Assembly: GCA_036555445.1 (NCBI GenBank)
Contig: DATBLH010000103.1
Location: 1-59,307, forward strand
DNA from: Candidatus Limnocylindrales bacterium
GTDB lineage: Bacteria; Chloroflexota; Limnocylindria; Limnocylindrales; CSP1-4
DNA length: 59,307 bases
Reading direction: 5' to 3'
In this document: in pieces, positions 36,401 through 45,033 of the stretch
Numbering within the stretch: the stretch's first letter is position 1
How the letters are laid out: each line of letters starts with the position of its first letter
Notes under the pieces: model-generated
What the model saw: only the letters and a program-made list of their open reading frames with translations
The model's database searches: none
What the model was told of the DNA's origin: nothing
Made by a program: the position numbers and the translations under genes

Positions 36401-36935
36401 CTCCGGTGACGACGGACACGGTCTCGGGCGCAATCCCCTGGAGTCGTTCCAGGAGCTCCGCGTACACGCACATCTGCAGGATTGCCGCCGCCTTGACCCG
36501 TCGGGCGAGCTTCGTGTCCGCGATGTCGTAGCTGTAGTCGCCCAGGTCGGACGGGCGGTCGTCGCGGCGTAGCAGGAAGTCGGCGTGACCTCGCCAGCGA
36601 CCGTCGAAGAACGTCGCCTGGAAGATCACCTCCTCGCCACGACGCATGGCTGCGAGCGTCTCGGCCTCGGCGTCGCGAAGCTCGGCGGGCGTTCGGGCCT
36701 CCCGTGCCGCGATCTCGTGGACCGCCCGGCCCTCCGTGCGCAGGCGCTCCAGGAACCGCTGTTCGTGGTCATAGCCGCGGCGCCGGATCAGCTCCAGCTC
36801 GGGATCGTCGCGGAACGGCTTCTCGATCTCGCCGCGGGCGCGGGAAAGCTCGAGTGTCACCAGGTGGTCGCACTCGAGGAAGCCGACGAGATCGGTGGCG
36901 GAGACGACGAGGCTGCCGTCGTTGTGGAGCTGCAC
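33423..36935 (-). CDS. TM0106-family RecB-like nuclease fused to RNase H-like domain and SF1 helicase
   Basis: GHADFL...DTK...Q...Y (RecB-type), FFDIEAD (RNase H fold), QGPPGTGKT, VDEAGQ, GDPNQL, TVDKFQGRE, NVAISRAR; GGAGG before GTG36935. Confidence 0.92.
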   Translation of the reverse strand: MQLHNDGSLVVSATDLVGFLECDHLVTLELSRARGEIEKPFRDDPELELIRRRGYDHEQRFLERLRTEGRAVHEIAAREARTPAELRDAEAETLAAMRRGEEVIFQATFFDGRWRGHADFLLRRDDRPSDLGDYSYDIADTKLARRVKAAAILQMCVYAELLERLQGIAPETVSVVTGDGIAHPHRLADFAAYYRSAKARFESRVFGDQDDHPTYPEPVDHCRVCTWWPMCIDRRRADDHLSLVAGVTRNQRRHLVAAGVPTVQALGTLDDGQRVRDIPPRILHRLRRQAALQLDHRVTGRLSYELIPPRPEEPGKGLAALPPPSPLDVFFDIEADPWAVEDGLEYLFGWVEIGDGQPTYRVVWAHDRTSEKEAFETFVDVVVERLERDPAMHVYHYGGYESGALKRLMQRHATREEEVDRLLRGRVLVNLYDHVLRGAVRASVESYSIKRIEKFYMSEREGGITDAGFSVVEYERWMESHDDSILDAIAAYNRDDCLSNLGLRDWLEELRTEAAPLFPDGVVPRPPPVEGEASEQVVRDQAETRAREESLRAGIPADRQERTDEQQARWLLAALLDWHRREAKPQWWDHFRLIEAPMEDLVADAAALGELTFETELGRAAKSVIHRYRYDPAQETKLREGDNPIDPATGRGAGTIVALDPLAGTIDLRHGAAVDHPQALIPSRPFGTEPMRSALGRLADEVIDHGIDGEGRYRAARELILRQPPRIHGHPVGTPLASTGGSPTDEARRLGLGLGSSVLPIQGPPGTGKTYTGARMILSLVQAGKRVGVTAQSHRVIANLLEAVVRASAAEGIPVTVAQKCDEGDDASDDERIGRLTTNDAVLAGLTSGAWDVVGGTSWLWARPEIEGTLDVLFVDEAGQLSLATVCAVAGAAESIVLLGDPNQLPQVSQGTHPEGAAASALEHLVGDARTIAPDRGLLLGTTYRLHPDVNAYISEAFYEGRLAPDPANERQDVAAGEPIGGTGVRHVPLAHTGAGNRSRTEADWIAEAIQGLVGRRWTDREGASRPIAIEDVLVVAPYNAQVAEIVRTVEARLGRRPNVGTVDKFQGREAPVAIYSMTTSTPEEAPRDLEFLYSGNRLNVAISRARGLAVLVASPALLRVACRTPEQMRLVNALCRFVEVAGEQTGRPDLMTVMATGPLTLWGDQDLAW

Positions 36936-37050
36936 GAGACCCTCCCGACGCCCGTGGCCGGTCATCGGACGTCCCGGCCACGATACCCGCGGTCCGCGAC
37001 ACCTCGCGTGTCACGAGCTGCGCGTGCAGCGGCGTCCGGGTCGGGTTGAG

Positions 37051-38325
37051 CTAGGCGGGCTCCAGAGAACGCCACATCTGGAGTGCCCACTCCCAATCGG
37101 TCGGATCGTCGATCACGATCCGCAACGCGGCGCCACTCCCGACCACCGCCGAGTAGCCCTCCAGGACGGCGACCTCCACGCCCGAGCTCGGGTCGACGCC
37201 CAGCCGGGCGCGACCGACGACCGGTCCGTGGCTGTGGGTCAGGGCGTCTGGCCCCAGGTCACCCCCGACCTGCCGGAGGAATGCCTCGGCCGACATCGGG
37301 CTCGTGCCGTTACCGGTCGGGACGGCGGCGAGGGTGATCGCTCGCCCGGCCTCGCCACCCCACCATTCGCCGTCGGCCCAGCGCTCGGCGAACGAGCCCG
37401 GAATCTCGAGAGCCCAGCCGCCGTGGACGACGGTGACGGGTGACCTGCGGTAGCCGACGAGGGGCCCGGTCGCCGTCGCGGCGCGCTCGATGACCACCGC
37501 GGACGGCCGGTACGCGGGGCCGCCGAGCGAGAGCAGCTCGCACCACTCCCGCCACGGATAGGGGAGTGACGGATCGAGCGGATACGCCTTGTGGAGGAGG
37601 CCGACGATCTCGTCCAGCAACTCGGCCTCGCCGTCGAGGGCCGGGATTCGCCAGCGGACCGCCGTCCACATCAGTGACAGCGCGCGATCGAGCAGGTAGC
37701 GCGCGTCCATCGCATCGGCCCACCACGGCCAGGCATCGATCGCGACCCGCGGATCGGCGATCGCGCGGTCGAGCCAGTGGTCATCGCGCGGCCCGAGCAC
37801 CGTGGCCAGGGGACCGTCGATCGCGAACCGGTCGCCGTCCACGCGACACAGCTGGACGGCTCCGAGCCCGCGCTCCCGGGCCTCGCGGACCCGCAGCAGG
37901 GTTGCCCGCAGCCAGATGAGGTGCTGCCGCTCCACGTCGGCTCGTCCGGCCTGCAGCGCCCCGTCCCCGGCTGCGTCCTGCTCGTTGCCCGCCGCCCAGG
38001 CGACATCGAGCTCCTCGCCCATGCGGCTGAGCAGTCGCGCCACGTATCGGTGATAGCCCGGGCCGGCGGCGGTCGTGGGCGCGGTCACCGCGATCGGCGC
38101 ATCCGGTGGGGCGACGATCCGCACAGCTTCGGCGGCCGGGTGGAGATCGACCAGCAGCGCGGGTGTTCCGGGTTCGGCCTCGCCCAGCCGGGTCGATCTC
38201 AGGGTGTCGGCGGCATTCGCGTGGAGCCAGGTGCCGATCTCCTCCACGACGCGCTCGGGCGCCGGGGCACGTCGAAGCGGACCGCGCTTCGATGGCTGAC
38301 CGGTGACGGAGATCTCCAGACCCAT
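37051..38325 (-). CDS. Hypothetical protein (424 aa), no family recognised
   Basis: AAGGAG RBS before ATG38325; normal globular composition, Trp-rich; TATCGT -10-like hexamer upstream. Confidence 0.75.
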   Translation of the reverse strand: MGLEISVTGQPSKRGPLRRAPAPERVVEEIGTWLHANAADTLRSTRLGEAEPGTPALLVDLHPAAEAVRIVAPPDAPIAVTAPTTAAGPGYHRYVARLLSRMGEELDVAWAAGNEQDAAGDGALQAGRADVERQHLIWLRATLLRVREARERGLGAVQLCRVDGDRFAIDGPLATVLGPRDDHWLDRAIADPRVAIDAWPWWADAMDARYLLDRALSLMWTAVRWRIPALDGEAELLDEIVGLLHKAYPLDPSLPYPWREWCELLSLGGPAYRPSAVVIERAATATGPLVGYRRSPVTVVHGGWALEIPGSFAERWADGEWWGGEAGRAITLAAVPTGNGTSPMSAEAFLRQVGGDLGPDALTHSHGPVVGRARLGVDPSSGVEVAVLEGYSAVVGSGAALRIVIDDPTDWEWALQMWRSLEPA

Positions 38326-38489
38326 GCCGCTCCTTATGCCCCCGGCCGGCACGATAGCGGTGGACGGCTCGAAAAGGACCCCGTCCGGGGCCCGTTTTCG
38401 TACCATCGCGGGTCGGCTAACAGTCCCGCGTCGGGCCACGGCTTCCGACCGCGTGGGAACTCCGATCGCGCGGGTCGAGACGGGATGCG

Positions 38490-39845
38490 CTACGGGTACA
38501 GGGCGTCGAGCGCGCCTCCGAACGAGCTCGTGTGACGGTCGACGTCCGACTCGGTCGTCGAGGGGCTCATCAGCGCCATGTTGTGGAACGGCGTCATCAG
38601 CACCCCGCGGCCGATCGCCCACAGGTGCAGGAATCGCTCGAGCTCCGGGTCCGAGTGCGCCCATTGTTCGGCACCCGTCCGCGGTGGCTGGGGCAGAAAG
38701 TGGTACTCCGCCCGGCAGCCCAACCGAGTGACGTGCCAAGGAACGCCGTGGACCGAGATCGCGTCATCCACGCCCGCCGTCCAGCGCTTGGCGAGGGGGA
38801 TCATCCGGCCGTACGCCTCGTCGGTCAGGACCTCCGTCAGCGTCGCCCTGATCGCCGCCATCGAAAGCGCGTAGCCGGCCAAGGTTCCGCCGATCCCGCC
38901 GACGTCGGCGTCGTCGAACGACATCGCACCCGAGACCCGCTGCGCAACCTGCTCGCTCAGCCCGTAGGCGCCGGCAGGGATCCCGCCGCCGATCGTCTTG
39001 CCGATCGTGAGGATGTCAGGTTCCAGATCGTGGGCGCCGGTGTAGCCACCGGGGCCAGCGCAGATCGTGTGCGTCTCATCGTGGATGAGCAGCGTCCCCG
39101 TCCTGCGGGTGAGGTCCCTGACCGCCTCCAGGTAGCCGGCCTCGGGGAGCACGATGCCCATGTTCGTGAGGGCCGGCTCGATGAGCACCGCCGCGACCCG
39201 GCCGTCCTCGAGCGCGCGGGCGAGCCCGTCGACATCGTTGAACTCCACGACGCGCGTGGTCAGGGCCGGGTCGACGGGTGGGCCCAGGTTGCCCCGCCGG
39301 GCTTCGACGCGGCCGTCCGGCCTGAGCCAGGCGAACGTCTCGTCGACCGTGCCGTGGTAGTTGTGATCGTGGACGACCACGAGCGGACGACCCGTGATGT
39401 GACGCGCCAGCCGGAGCACGAACCGGTTCGCATCGGTGGCCGTGATCGTGAACTGCCACAGGGGCAGGCGGAAGCGCCGGCGCAACTCCTCGGCCGCGAC
39501 GATCGCGTCCTCGGTCGGGAGCATGTGGGTGATCCCCCGACGCAGCTGCGCCTCGACCGCGCGGATCGTGGCGTCGGGCCCGTGCCCGGCCATCGCTCCG
39601 GTGTCGCCGAGGCACAGGTCGACGTACTCGTGGCCGTCGATGCACGTGAAACGGGCGCCCTGGGCCTCGTCGACGAACAGCGGGAACGGGCTGGCCCACT
39701 TGACCATCCAGTTCATCGGCACCCCGTCGAGGAGCGAGCCCCGGGCACGCTCGAACAGGGCCAGCGAGCGGGGATGACGCTCCGTGAATGCCGCCTCCTC
39801 GGCGGCGGTCAGGCGGGCGAGATGGTCGCGATCGAGATCGGCCAC
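38490..39845 (-). CDS. Class III PLP aminotransferase (glutamate-1-semialdehyde aminomutase-like)
   Basis: DGHEYVDLCLGD, YHG, EP, HDETH, IGKTIGGG. Confidence 0.9.
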   Translation of the reverse strand: MADLDRDHLARLTAAEEAAFTERHPRSLALFERARGSLLDGVPMNWMVKWASPFPLFVDEAQGARFTCIDGHEYVDLCLGDTGAMAGHGPDATIRAVEAQLRRGITHMLPTEDAIVAAEELRRRFRLPLWQFTITATDANRFVLRLARHITGRPLVVVHDHNYHGTVDETFAWLRPDGRVEARRGNLGPPVDPALTTRVVEFNDVDGLARALEDGRVAAVLIEPALTNMGIVLPEAGYLEAVRDLTRRTGTLLIHDETHTICAGPGGYTGAHDLEPDILTIGKTIGGGIPAGAYGLSEQVAQRVSGAMSFDDADVGGIGGTLAGYALSMAAIRATLTEVLTDEAYGRMIPLAKRWTAGVDDAISVHGVPWHVTRLGCRAEYHFLPQPPRTGAEQWAHSDPELERFLHLWAIGRGVLMTPFHNMALMSPSTTESDVDRHTSSFGGALDALYP

Positions 39846-39914
39846 CGGTCGATGATCGCTGCTCGAGCCACCCCGGCGGCGGCGGGTCCCGCGCGGTGCG
39901 TCAGGCGCCGATCG

Positions 39915-40100
39915 TCAGTTCGGTCGGGTGCGGACGGTCCGTCGAAAGCCGCAGACGCGGCAGCTGGCGACGCCGGCGGTCTCGTCGACCTCGAGCAGGC
40001 TGGCACAGCCGTTGGTTGCGCAATAGGGCGGGCGAGCATGCGCGGTGCGTCGCCGCAGGCGGCGGATCGCGCTCGCGCGGCCCGCCACCGATGACGTCAT
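39915..40100 (-). CDS. 61-aa basic zinc-ribbon protein
   Basis: Arg-rich N-terminus, then CATNGC...CRVC (four Cys); downstream of a sigma70 promoter. Confidence 0.65.
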   Translation of the reverse strand: MTSSVAGRASAIRRLRRRTAHARPPYCATNGCASLLEVDETAGVASCRVCGFRRTVRTRPN

Positions 40101-40293
40101 GGTTCGTGAAAGCACAGGTCTTCCTTCCGGTCGCGCTCGCGGGCGGATTGGGCCCGATCGGCTGCGACGTTGTGCGCTCCACGGCCCGGTTTCCTGGGCC
40201 GGAGCATCTGGTTTTCTGCCCGGCGCGGCTGTCGCGGGAGCGGTCGTGGAACACGAGCTCTACCTGCGGCCGTCGCTTCGGGACTCGTGAGTG

Positions 40294-40322
40294 AGGATGC
40301 CGTGTCGTCGCGGAAGTGTCAA
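40294..40322 (-). promoter_or_regulatory. sigma70-type promoter driving an approximately 190-nt leader and the zinc-ribbon gene
   Basis: TTGACA (40322-40317), 17-nt spacer, CATCCT (40299-40294). Confidence 0.7.
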
Positions 40323-40584
40323 ACGAATGCACCCGGCGGCCCGAAACGATTCAGCTTCCGCAACCGTCCGTTCACCCGCTCGTGGTTGCACGACCTGCCA
40401 TCGATGCGGTATCTGTTGCACCGGCTCGGCGGACGCCTCCCCGGCGTGTCGCGAGCCGCATCCGCGCCGCCGCCGGCCTCGCTCCGAGGCGACCGCGCAC
40501 CCTGGCCGCCGTGGAGGACGGCAAGGACCCCCGAACGGGGGATCCGGCGCGAGCTGACATGCGACAACGCAGGAGGGTTCGTCC

Positions 40585-41817
40585 GTGGCCGACACGAGGT
40601 ATCCGGGCTCAACCGGCAGGCGCCGGCCGGCAGACGCGCGACCGAATCGCCCGGTCCCCCGCAGGATCACCCGTCGACTGGCGCTGGCTCCTCTGGCCGC
40701 GGTCGCGTTGCTGACGGGCCTGGCCCCGGCGACCCTTGCGTCCCACGGCCTGCAGCTCACCACCCAGTTCCCGGATGTTGCGGTGGCTCCCGGCGACGAC
40801 GTGACGTTCGACCTCCAGGTCAGCACGAACCGATCGTCCCGTATCGCGCTCGCCGTGCAGGGCGTGCCCAGCGGCTGGACCGCCAAGCTGCAGGGCGGTG
40901 GCTTCGTCGTCGACGGCGTCGCCACCCGGGGCAGCACCCCCGTCGAGATCCAGCTCAACGTCACCGTGCCCGCGGAGGCGACCGGCGTCCACGGGTTGAC
41001 CGTTCGGGCGACGTCCGAGGGCGAGACCGTCAACCTCCCGCTCAACGTCCGCGTGGCCGAAGGCGCCGCCGGTGACATCACGATGGATACCGAGATCCCG
41101 GTCCAGGAGGGCCCGTCGTCGCAGACGTTCAGGTTCCCGCTGACACTCCACAACGACACCGCCGAGGAAGTCACCGCATCGGTCACCGCGACCGGGCCCA
41201 CCGGGTGGCAGGTCGAATCGCAGATTGCCGGCCAGGCACAGGCGGCCAGCGCGATCGTTGCCGCGAGCGACACGCTCTCGGTCGAGATCAGCGTCACCCC
41301 GGCCGAGGACGCCGAGGCGGGCGATTATCCGATCGACGTCGTCGCGACCGCCGGGGGCAAGACGATCAACAACCAGGTCGGCGTCCGGATCACCGGCTCC
41401 TACAGCATCGTCGTCGGGACGCCCGACGACCGCCTCAGCACCCGGGGTGAGGCGGGAAGCACGATCGTGCTCCCGATGACGATCAGCAACAGTGGCACGG
41501 CCCCGATCACGAACCTCCAGATGGAGGGGACCGGACCGACCGACTGGACCGTCGATTTCGACCAGGACGGGCTGATCGCGTCGATCGCTCCCGGCGCCGA
41601 CGCCCAGATCAACGCTCGCATCCACCCATCGGACAAGGCGATCGCCGGCGACTACCAGGTGACGGTCACCGCCAACGCGGCAGACCAGGCCAACGAGAGC
41701 CAGACGATCCGGGTCACGGTCGAGACGTCTCCCGTGTGGGGGATCGTCGGGATCGGCCTGATCGTGGTCGTGCTCGGCGGCCTGCTCTGGGTGTTCCGGA
41801 CCTACGGCCGGCGATGA
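40585..41817 (+). CDS. Surface protein with NEW3/Ig-like repeats (COG1470-like) and C-terminal TM anchor
   Basis: Signal peptide; three P.GW-containing beta-sandwich repeats; IAGDY motifs; C-terminal TM followed by RTYGRR; AGGAGG RBS. Confidence 0.85.
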   Translation: MADTRYPGSTGRRRPADARPNRPVPRRITRRLALAPLAAVALLTGLAPATLASHGLQLTTQFPDVAVAPGDDVTFDLQVSTNRSSRIALAVQGVPSGWTAKLQGGGFVVDGVATRGSTPVEIQLNVTVPAEATGVHGLTVRATSEGETVNLPLNVRVAEGAAGDITMDTEIPVQEGPSSQTFRFPLTLHNDTAEEVTASVTATGPTGWQVESQIAGQAQAASAIVAASDTLSVEISVTPAEDAEAGDYPIDVVATAGGKTINNQVGVRITGSYSIVVGTPDDRLSTRGEAGSTIVLPMTISNSGTAPITNLQMEGTGPTDWTVDFDQDGLIASIAPGADAQINARIHPSDKAIAGDYQVTVTANAADQANESQTIRVTVETSPVWGIVGIGLIVVVLGGLLWVFRTYGRR

Positions 41818-42956
41818 GCGGCATCCCGAGGAAGGGTCGCCGCGGCTCCGTCCGGCGACCGAATCCGCCATCGTCCGGCAGCGCGCCGGCCGCACAGGGA
41901 ACCGGAGGCGCGCCGCCGGCTCCGTCCCGCCGCCCCACCGCCGCTGGGCGAAGCACGCTCACCACCGAGGGGGTGCCGATCCGGACGCGTGGGCTGACCA
42001 AGGCCTATGACGAGCTGATCGCCGTCGACCACCTCGACCTCGAGGTCCAACGCGGCGAGATCTTCGGGCTCCTCGGGCAGAACGGCGCGGGCAAGACGAC
42101 CACGATCCTGATGCTCCTCGGCCTCACGGAGCCGACATCGGGCGAGGCTCGTGTCGTCGGGCTCGATCCGGCACGGAACCCGCTCGAGGTGAAGCGGCGG
42201 GTGGGGTACCTCCCCGACAGCGTCGGCTTCTACACCGGGATGACCGGCCGCGAGAATCTCCGCTACACGGCCCGTCTCAACGGGCTCTCCGCCGACGATG
42301 CCGGCCGCACGATCGACCAGGTGCTGGAGCAGGTCGGGCTCGCAGCCCGCGCCGACACGCCCACCGGCACGTACTCCCGGGGAATGCTCCAGCGACTCGG
42401 CATCGCCGACGCCCTCCTCAAGGACCCCGAGGTCCTGATCCTCGACGAGCCCACCACGGCGATCGACCCGCTGGGCGTGGTCGAGATCCTCGACCTCCTG
42501 CGGTCCCTCGTCCATGAGCGTGAGATGGCCGTCCTGCTGTCGTCGCACCTGCTGACCCAGGTCCAGTCCGTGTGCGACCGGGTCGGGATCTTCGCCGCCG
42601 GCCGCCTGGTCGGTGTGGGGACGGTGGCCGAGCTGGCCGGCCGCTTCGGCGACGACACCGCGCACGTGGAGGTCGGTCTCGAGCTCACCGGTGATGACGC
42701 CGACACGCGGCGCGAACAACTGCTCCGGTCGATCGAGGGCGTCGAAGCCGTCCACCACGGAGAGCGGCCCGGCGATCCCTGGATCCTCGACGTCCGGCCT
42801 GCCGATGCGGGCGGGCGCGTCCGTCAGGAGATCCTCGCCGCGGCCGCCACCAACGGTCTCGAGTTGAGCTCCCTGCGATCGGTCGTGCCATCGCTCGACG
42901 ACATCTACCGCCGCGCCGTCGTCCGCCGCGGCGGCTCGGCACGGGTGGCGGCGTGA
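41814..42956 (+). CDS. ABC transporter ATP-binding protein
   Basis: GQNGAGKTT, YSRGMLQR, ILDEP, SSH; ATGA overlap with the upstream gene. Confidence 0.93.
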   Translation: MSGIPRKGRRGSVRRPNPPSSGSAPAAQGTGGAPPAPSRRPTAAGRSTLTTEGVPIRTRGLTKAYDELIAVDHLDLEVQRGEIFGLLGQNGAGKTTTILMLLGLTEPTSGEARVVGLDPARNPLEVKRRVGYLPDSVGFYTGMTGRENLRYTARLNGLSADDAGRTIDQVLEQVGLAARADTPTGTYSRGMLQRLGIADALLKDPEVLILDEPTTAIDPLGVVEILDLLRSLVHEREMAVLLSSHLLTQVQSVCDRVGIFAAGRLVGVGTVAELAGRFGDDTAHVEVGLELTGDDADTRREQLLRSIEGVEAVHHGERPGDPWILDVRPADAGGRVRQEILAAAATNGLELSSLRSVVPSLDDIYRRAVVRRGGSARVAA

Positions 42957-43999
42957 CGACGGTCGCCGCAGAGGCAACCACTGCCCAGCCGGTGGCCCGG
43001 GACCTCCGGGTGCCCCGACACGGCTGGTTGGTCATCGCGCGCAAGGAATTCGGCGATCACATCCTGTCGGCGCGGTTCCTGGTGCTGGTCCTGGTCGTGG
43101 GGCTGGCCGCGATCGTGCCCCTGTTCCTGGCCGCCAACCAGCTTCGGGATCAGGCGTCGCAGACGAGCGGCGCTTCGGCGATCTTCCTGGCCCTGTTCAC
43201 GCTGGGCTCCGAGCAGGTCGCGATCCTGCGCGTCGATGCGTTCGTCGGGATCGTGGCGCCGCTGCTCGGGATTGCATTCGCGTTCGACGCCGTCAACGGC
43301 GAGCGATCGGACGGCACCCTACCGAGGTTGATGTCCCAACCGATCCATCGCGACGACGTGATCAACGGCAAGTTCGTGGCCGGGCTGGCGGTGATTGCCC
43401 TCGTCCTCGCCGCGGTGCTGCTGTTGATCTCGGGGATCGGCATCTTCCGCCTCGGGATCATCCCCACGGTGTCCGAGGTCATCCGGCTCATCGTCTGGTA
43501 CGTGGTGACCCTGGCCTATGTCAGCTTCTGGCTGGCCCTCGGCCTCCTGCTGTCGGTCGCCGTCAGGCGCGCCGCGACGTCGGCACTGATCGGGTTCGGG
43601 CTGTGGATCCTGGTCACGGTGTTCGGCGGGCTCATCGTGGGCCTGATCGGCGGCCTGATCGCGCCCTCGGCGGGTGGCCTGGAGGAGCAGATCGCCAGCG
43701 CCCAGACCCAGCAGGCGATCAACCACATCCTGCCCCACACGCTCTACCGCGAGGCGACGACGTCGATCCTGTTCCCGTTCGACCAGGTCACCGCGGCCAT
43801 CTCCGGCGTGGGCAGCTTCACACCCACGAGCATCGACCAGCTCGGCCAGGCCACCGACCAGCGACGGATCACGTCGCTTCTGTCATTGGACCAGAGCCTG
43901 CTCCTGGTGTGGCCACAGATCGTGGGCCTGATCGCCCTGACCGTGATCTGCTTCGCCGTCGCGTACGTCCTGTTCATGCGCCAGGAGGTCCGCGCCTAG
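42953..43999 (+). CDS. ABC-2 / NosY-like permease
   Basis: IARKEF, FDAVNGERSDGTL..L.SQPI.R..VI.GK; six TM segments. Confidence 0.9.
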   Translation: MTTVAAEATTAQPVARDLRVPRHGWLVIARKEFGDHILSARFLVLVLVVGLAAIVPLFLAANQLRDQASQTSGASAIFLALFTLGSEQVAILRVDAFVGIVAPLLGIAFAFDAVNGERSDGTLPRLMSQPIHRDDVINGKFVAGLAVIALVLAAVLLLISGIGIFRLGIIPTVSEVIRLIVWYVVTLAYVSFWLALGLLLSVAVRRAATSALIGFGLWILVTVFGGLIVGLIGGLIAPSAGGLEEQIASAQTQQAINHILPHTLYREATTSILFPFDQVTAAISGVGSFTPTSIDQLGQATDQRRITSLLSLDQSLLLVWPQIVGLIALTVICFAVAYVLFMRQEVRA

Positions 44000-44070
44000 G
44001 GGCGGTCCGGGATGAGCGCCGCGCCCCGCACGCGTCGGGCCGCGTGCAAATCGGCCATACGCTCACGGGA

Positions 44071-44209
44071 GGAACGTAAGGCCGGATCGCCCCGACCGTC
44101 CGCGGACGGATCCCACGAACATCGCGGCGGTCTGGCTCAACCGGCACGAACCTGGTGCTCGGGCGGCCTTCGCCGGTGCCGGTCTCTCCAGGACTGGGCC
44201 TAACGTTCC
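44071..44209. ncRNA. Candidate free-standing structured RNA in a convergent intergenic gap
   Basis: 13-bp closing stem GGAACGTAAGGCC/GGCCTAACGTTCC (1 mismatch) enclosing further helices; -10-like hexamer 7 nt before the stem on each strand. Confidence 0.45.
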
Positions 44210-44269
44210 GTGGATGAGCATCTGGCCAGGTCGCGCGAGACCCGGCCCGCCGCGCGACGCCGCGGCGTC

Positions 44270-45010
44270 CTAGAACGGCGGCCACGGGATCGCGGGCCAG
44301 GTGCGGCTCGGTTGCGGAAATCGCCCGGACGCGAGGAGTCGGTCCACCCGCCGCCCGAGTGCCGCGACCTCGCCGGACGACAGGTGCCCGCGCAGGTCCC
44401 GGGCAAGGTCCCCGCGGAGAGCCGATCGCAGTCGCTCGAGCGGTGCGCACTCGTCGTCGGTCATGGGCTCGCCACGCCAGGCCCAGAGCACGGTCCGCAG
44501 CTTGGGGACGGTCGAGAAACACACCCCGTGGTCGACCCCGAACACGTGCCGCCCGCCGTCCACGGGCAGGACGTGGCCCCCCTTGCGATCGGTGTTGTTG
44601 ACCGCGGCATCGAAGACGGCCATCGGGCGGAGCCGGGGATCGTCGCCGACCACCATCCCGACGATGTCCACCTCCGGGTCCACGTCAACCCACGCCTGGA
44701 CGGCGCCTTCGCCGAACGGCCCGTCACGCATCACGGTCGGCGGCACCAGCCCCCAGCCGCCGGCCTCGGAGACGAGATAGGCCGCGACCTCTCGGTGGGC
44801 AAGCGTGCCGTCCGGGAAGTCGTCGAGAGGCCGCTCACCGAGGATCGGCTTGTACACCGCCTCCACGACCTGAGGCGGCTCCGGGTCCGGGCAGGGGATC
44901 GTGGCCCGGCAGAAGAGGGCGTTGTTCGTGGACGCGATCAGCCGGCCGACGATCTCCAGCTCGCCGTCCTGGAGGACGCGGACCGCCGACGAGGGGTCGA
45001 ACGGGAGCAT
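44270..45010 (-). CDS. SCO1664 family protein (PI3/4-kinase-like fold)
   Basis: YKP..GERPL.DFPDGTLA.REVAAY, VFDAAVNNTDRKGGH, GVDHG..F, LRTVLW. Confidence 0.92.
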   Translation of the reverse strand: MLPFDPSSAVRVLQDGELEIVGRLIASTNNALFCRATIPCPDPEPPQVVEAVYKPILGERPLDDFPDGTLAHREVAAYLVSEAGGWGLVPPTVMRDGPFGEGAVQAWVDVDPEVDIVGMVVGDDPRLRPMAVFDAAVNNTDRKGGHVLPVDGGRHVFGVDHGVCFSTVPKLRTVLWAWRGEPMTDDECAPLERLRSALRGDLARDLRGHLSSGEVAALGRRVDRLLASGRFPQPSRTWPAIPWPPF

Positions 45011-45033
45011 CGCTCGACGACCCTGCGAGCCGC

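Noticed and set aside
528-36572. Many long overlapping ORFs (e.g. 528-2096 -, 878-2329 +, 4520-6961 -, 7638-9032 -, 15567-17345 +, 33960-36572 +)
   Set aside because: They are antisense or off-frame shadows of well-supported genes, are Arg/Pro/Gly-rich, and show no motifs; long stop-free frames are expected at about 70% GC.
40110-40140. SRP RNA-like CCGGAAGGAAG on the minus strand
   Set aside because: The flanking CAGG and AGCAG of SRP helix 8 are absent.
44140-44200. Glycine riboswitch (minus strand UGGAGAGACC...CGAAGG)
   Set aside because: Lacks GCCGAAG and CUCUCAGG, and no gene lies downstream on that strand; kept only as an unknown ncRNA candidate.
44012-44203. 63-aa plus-strand ORF in the convergent gap
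   Set aside because: No RBS before its ATG and no motif; the region is better explained by RNA structure.
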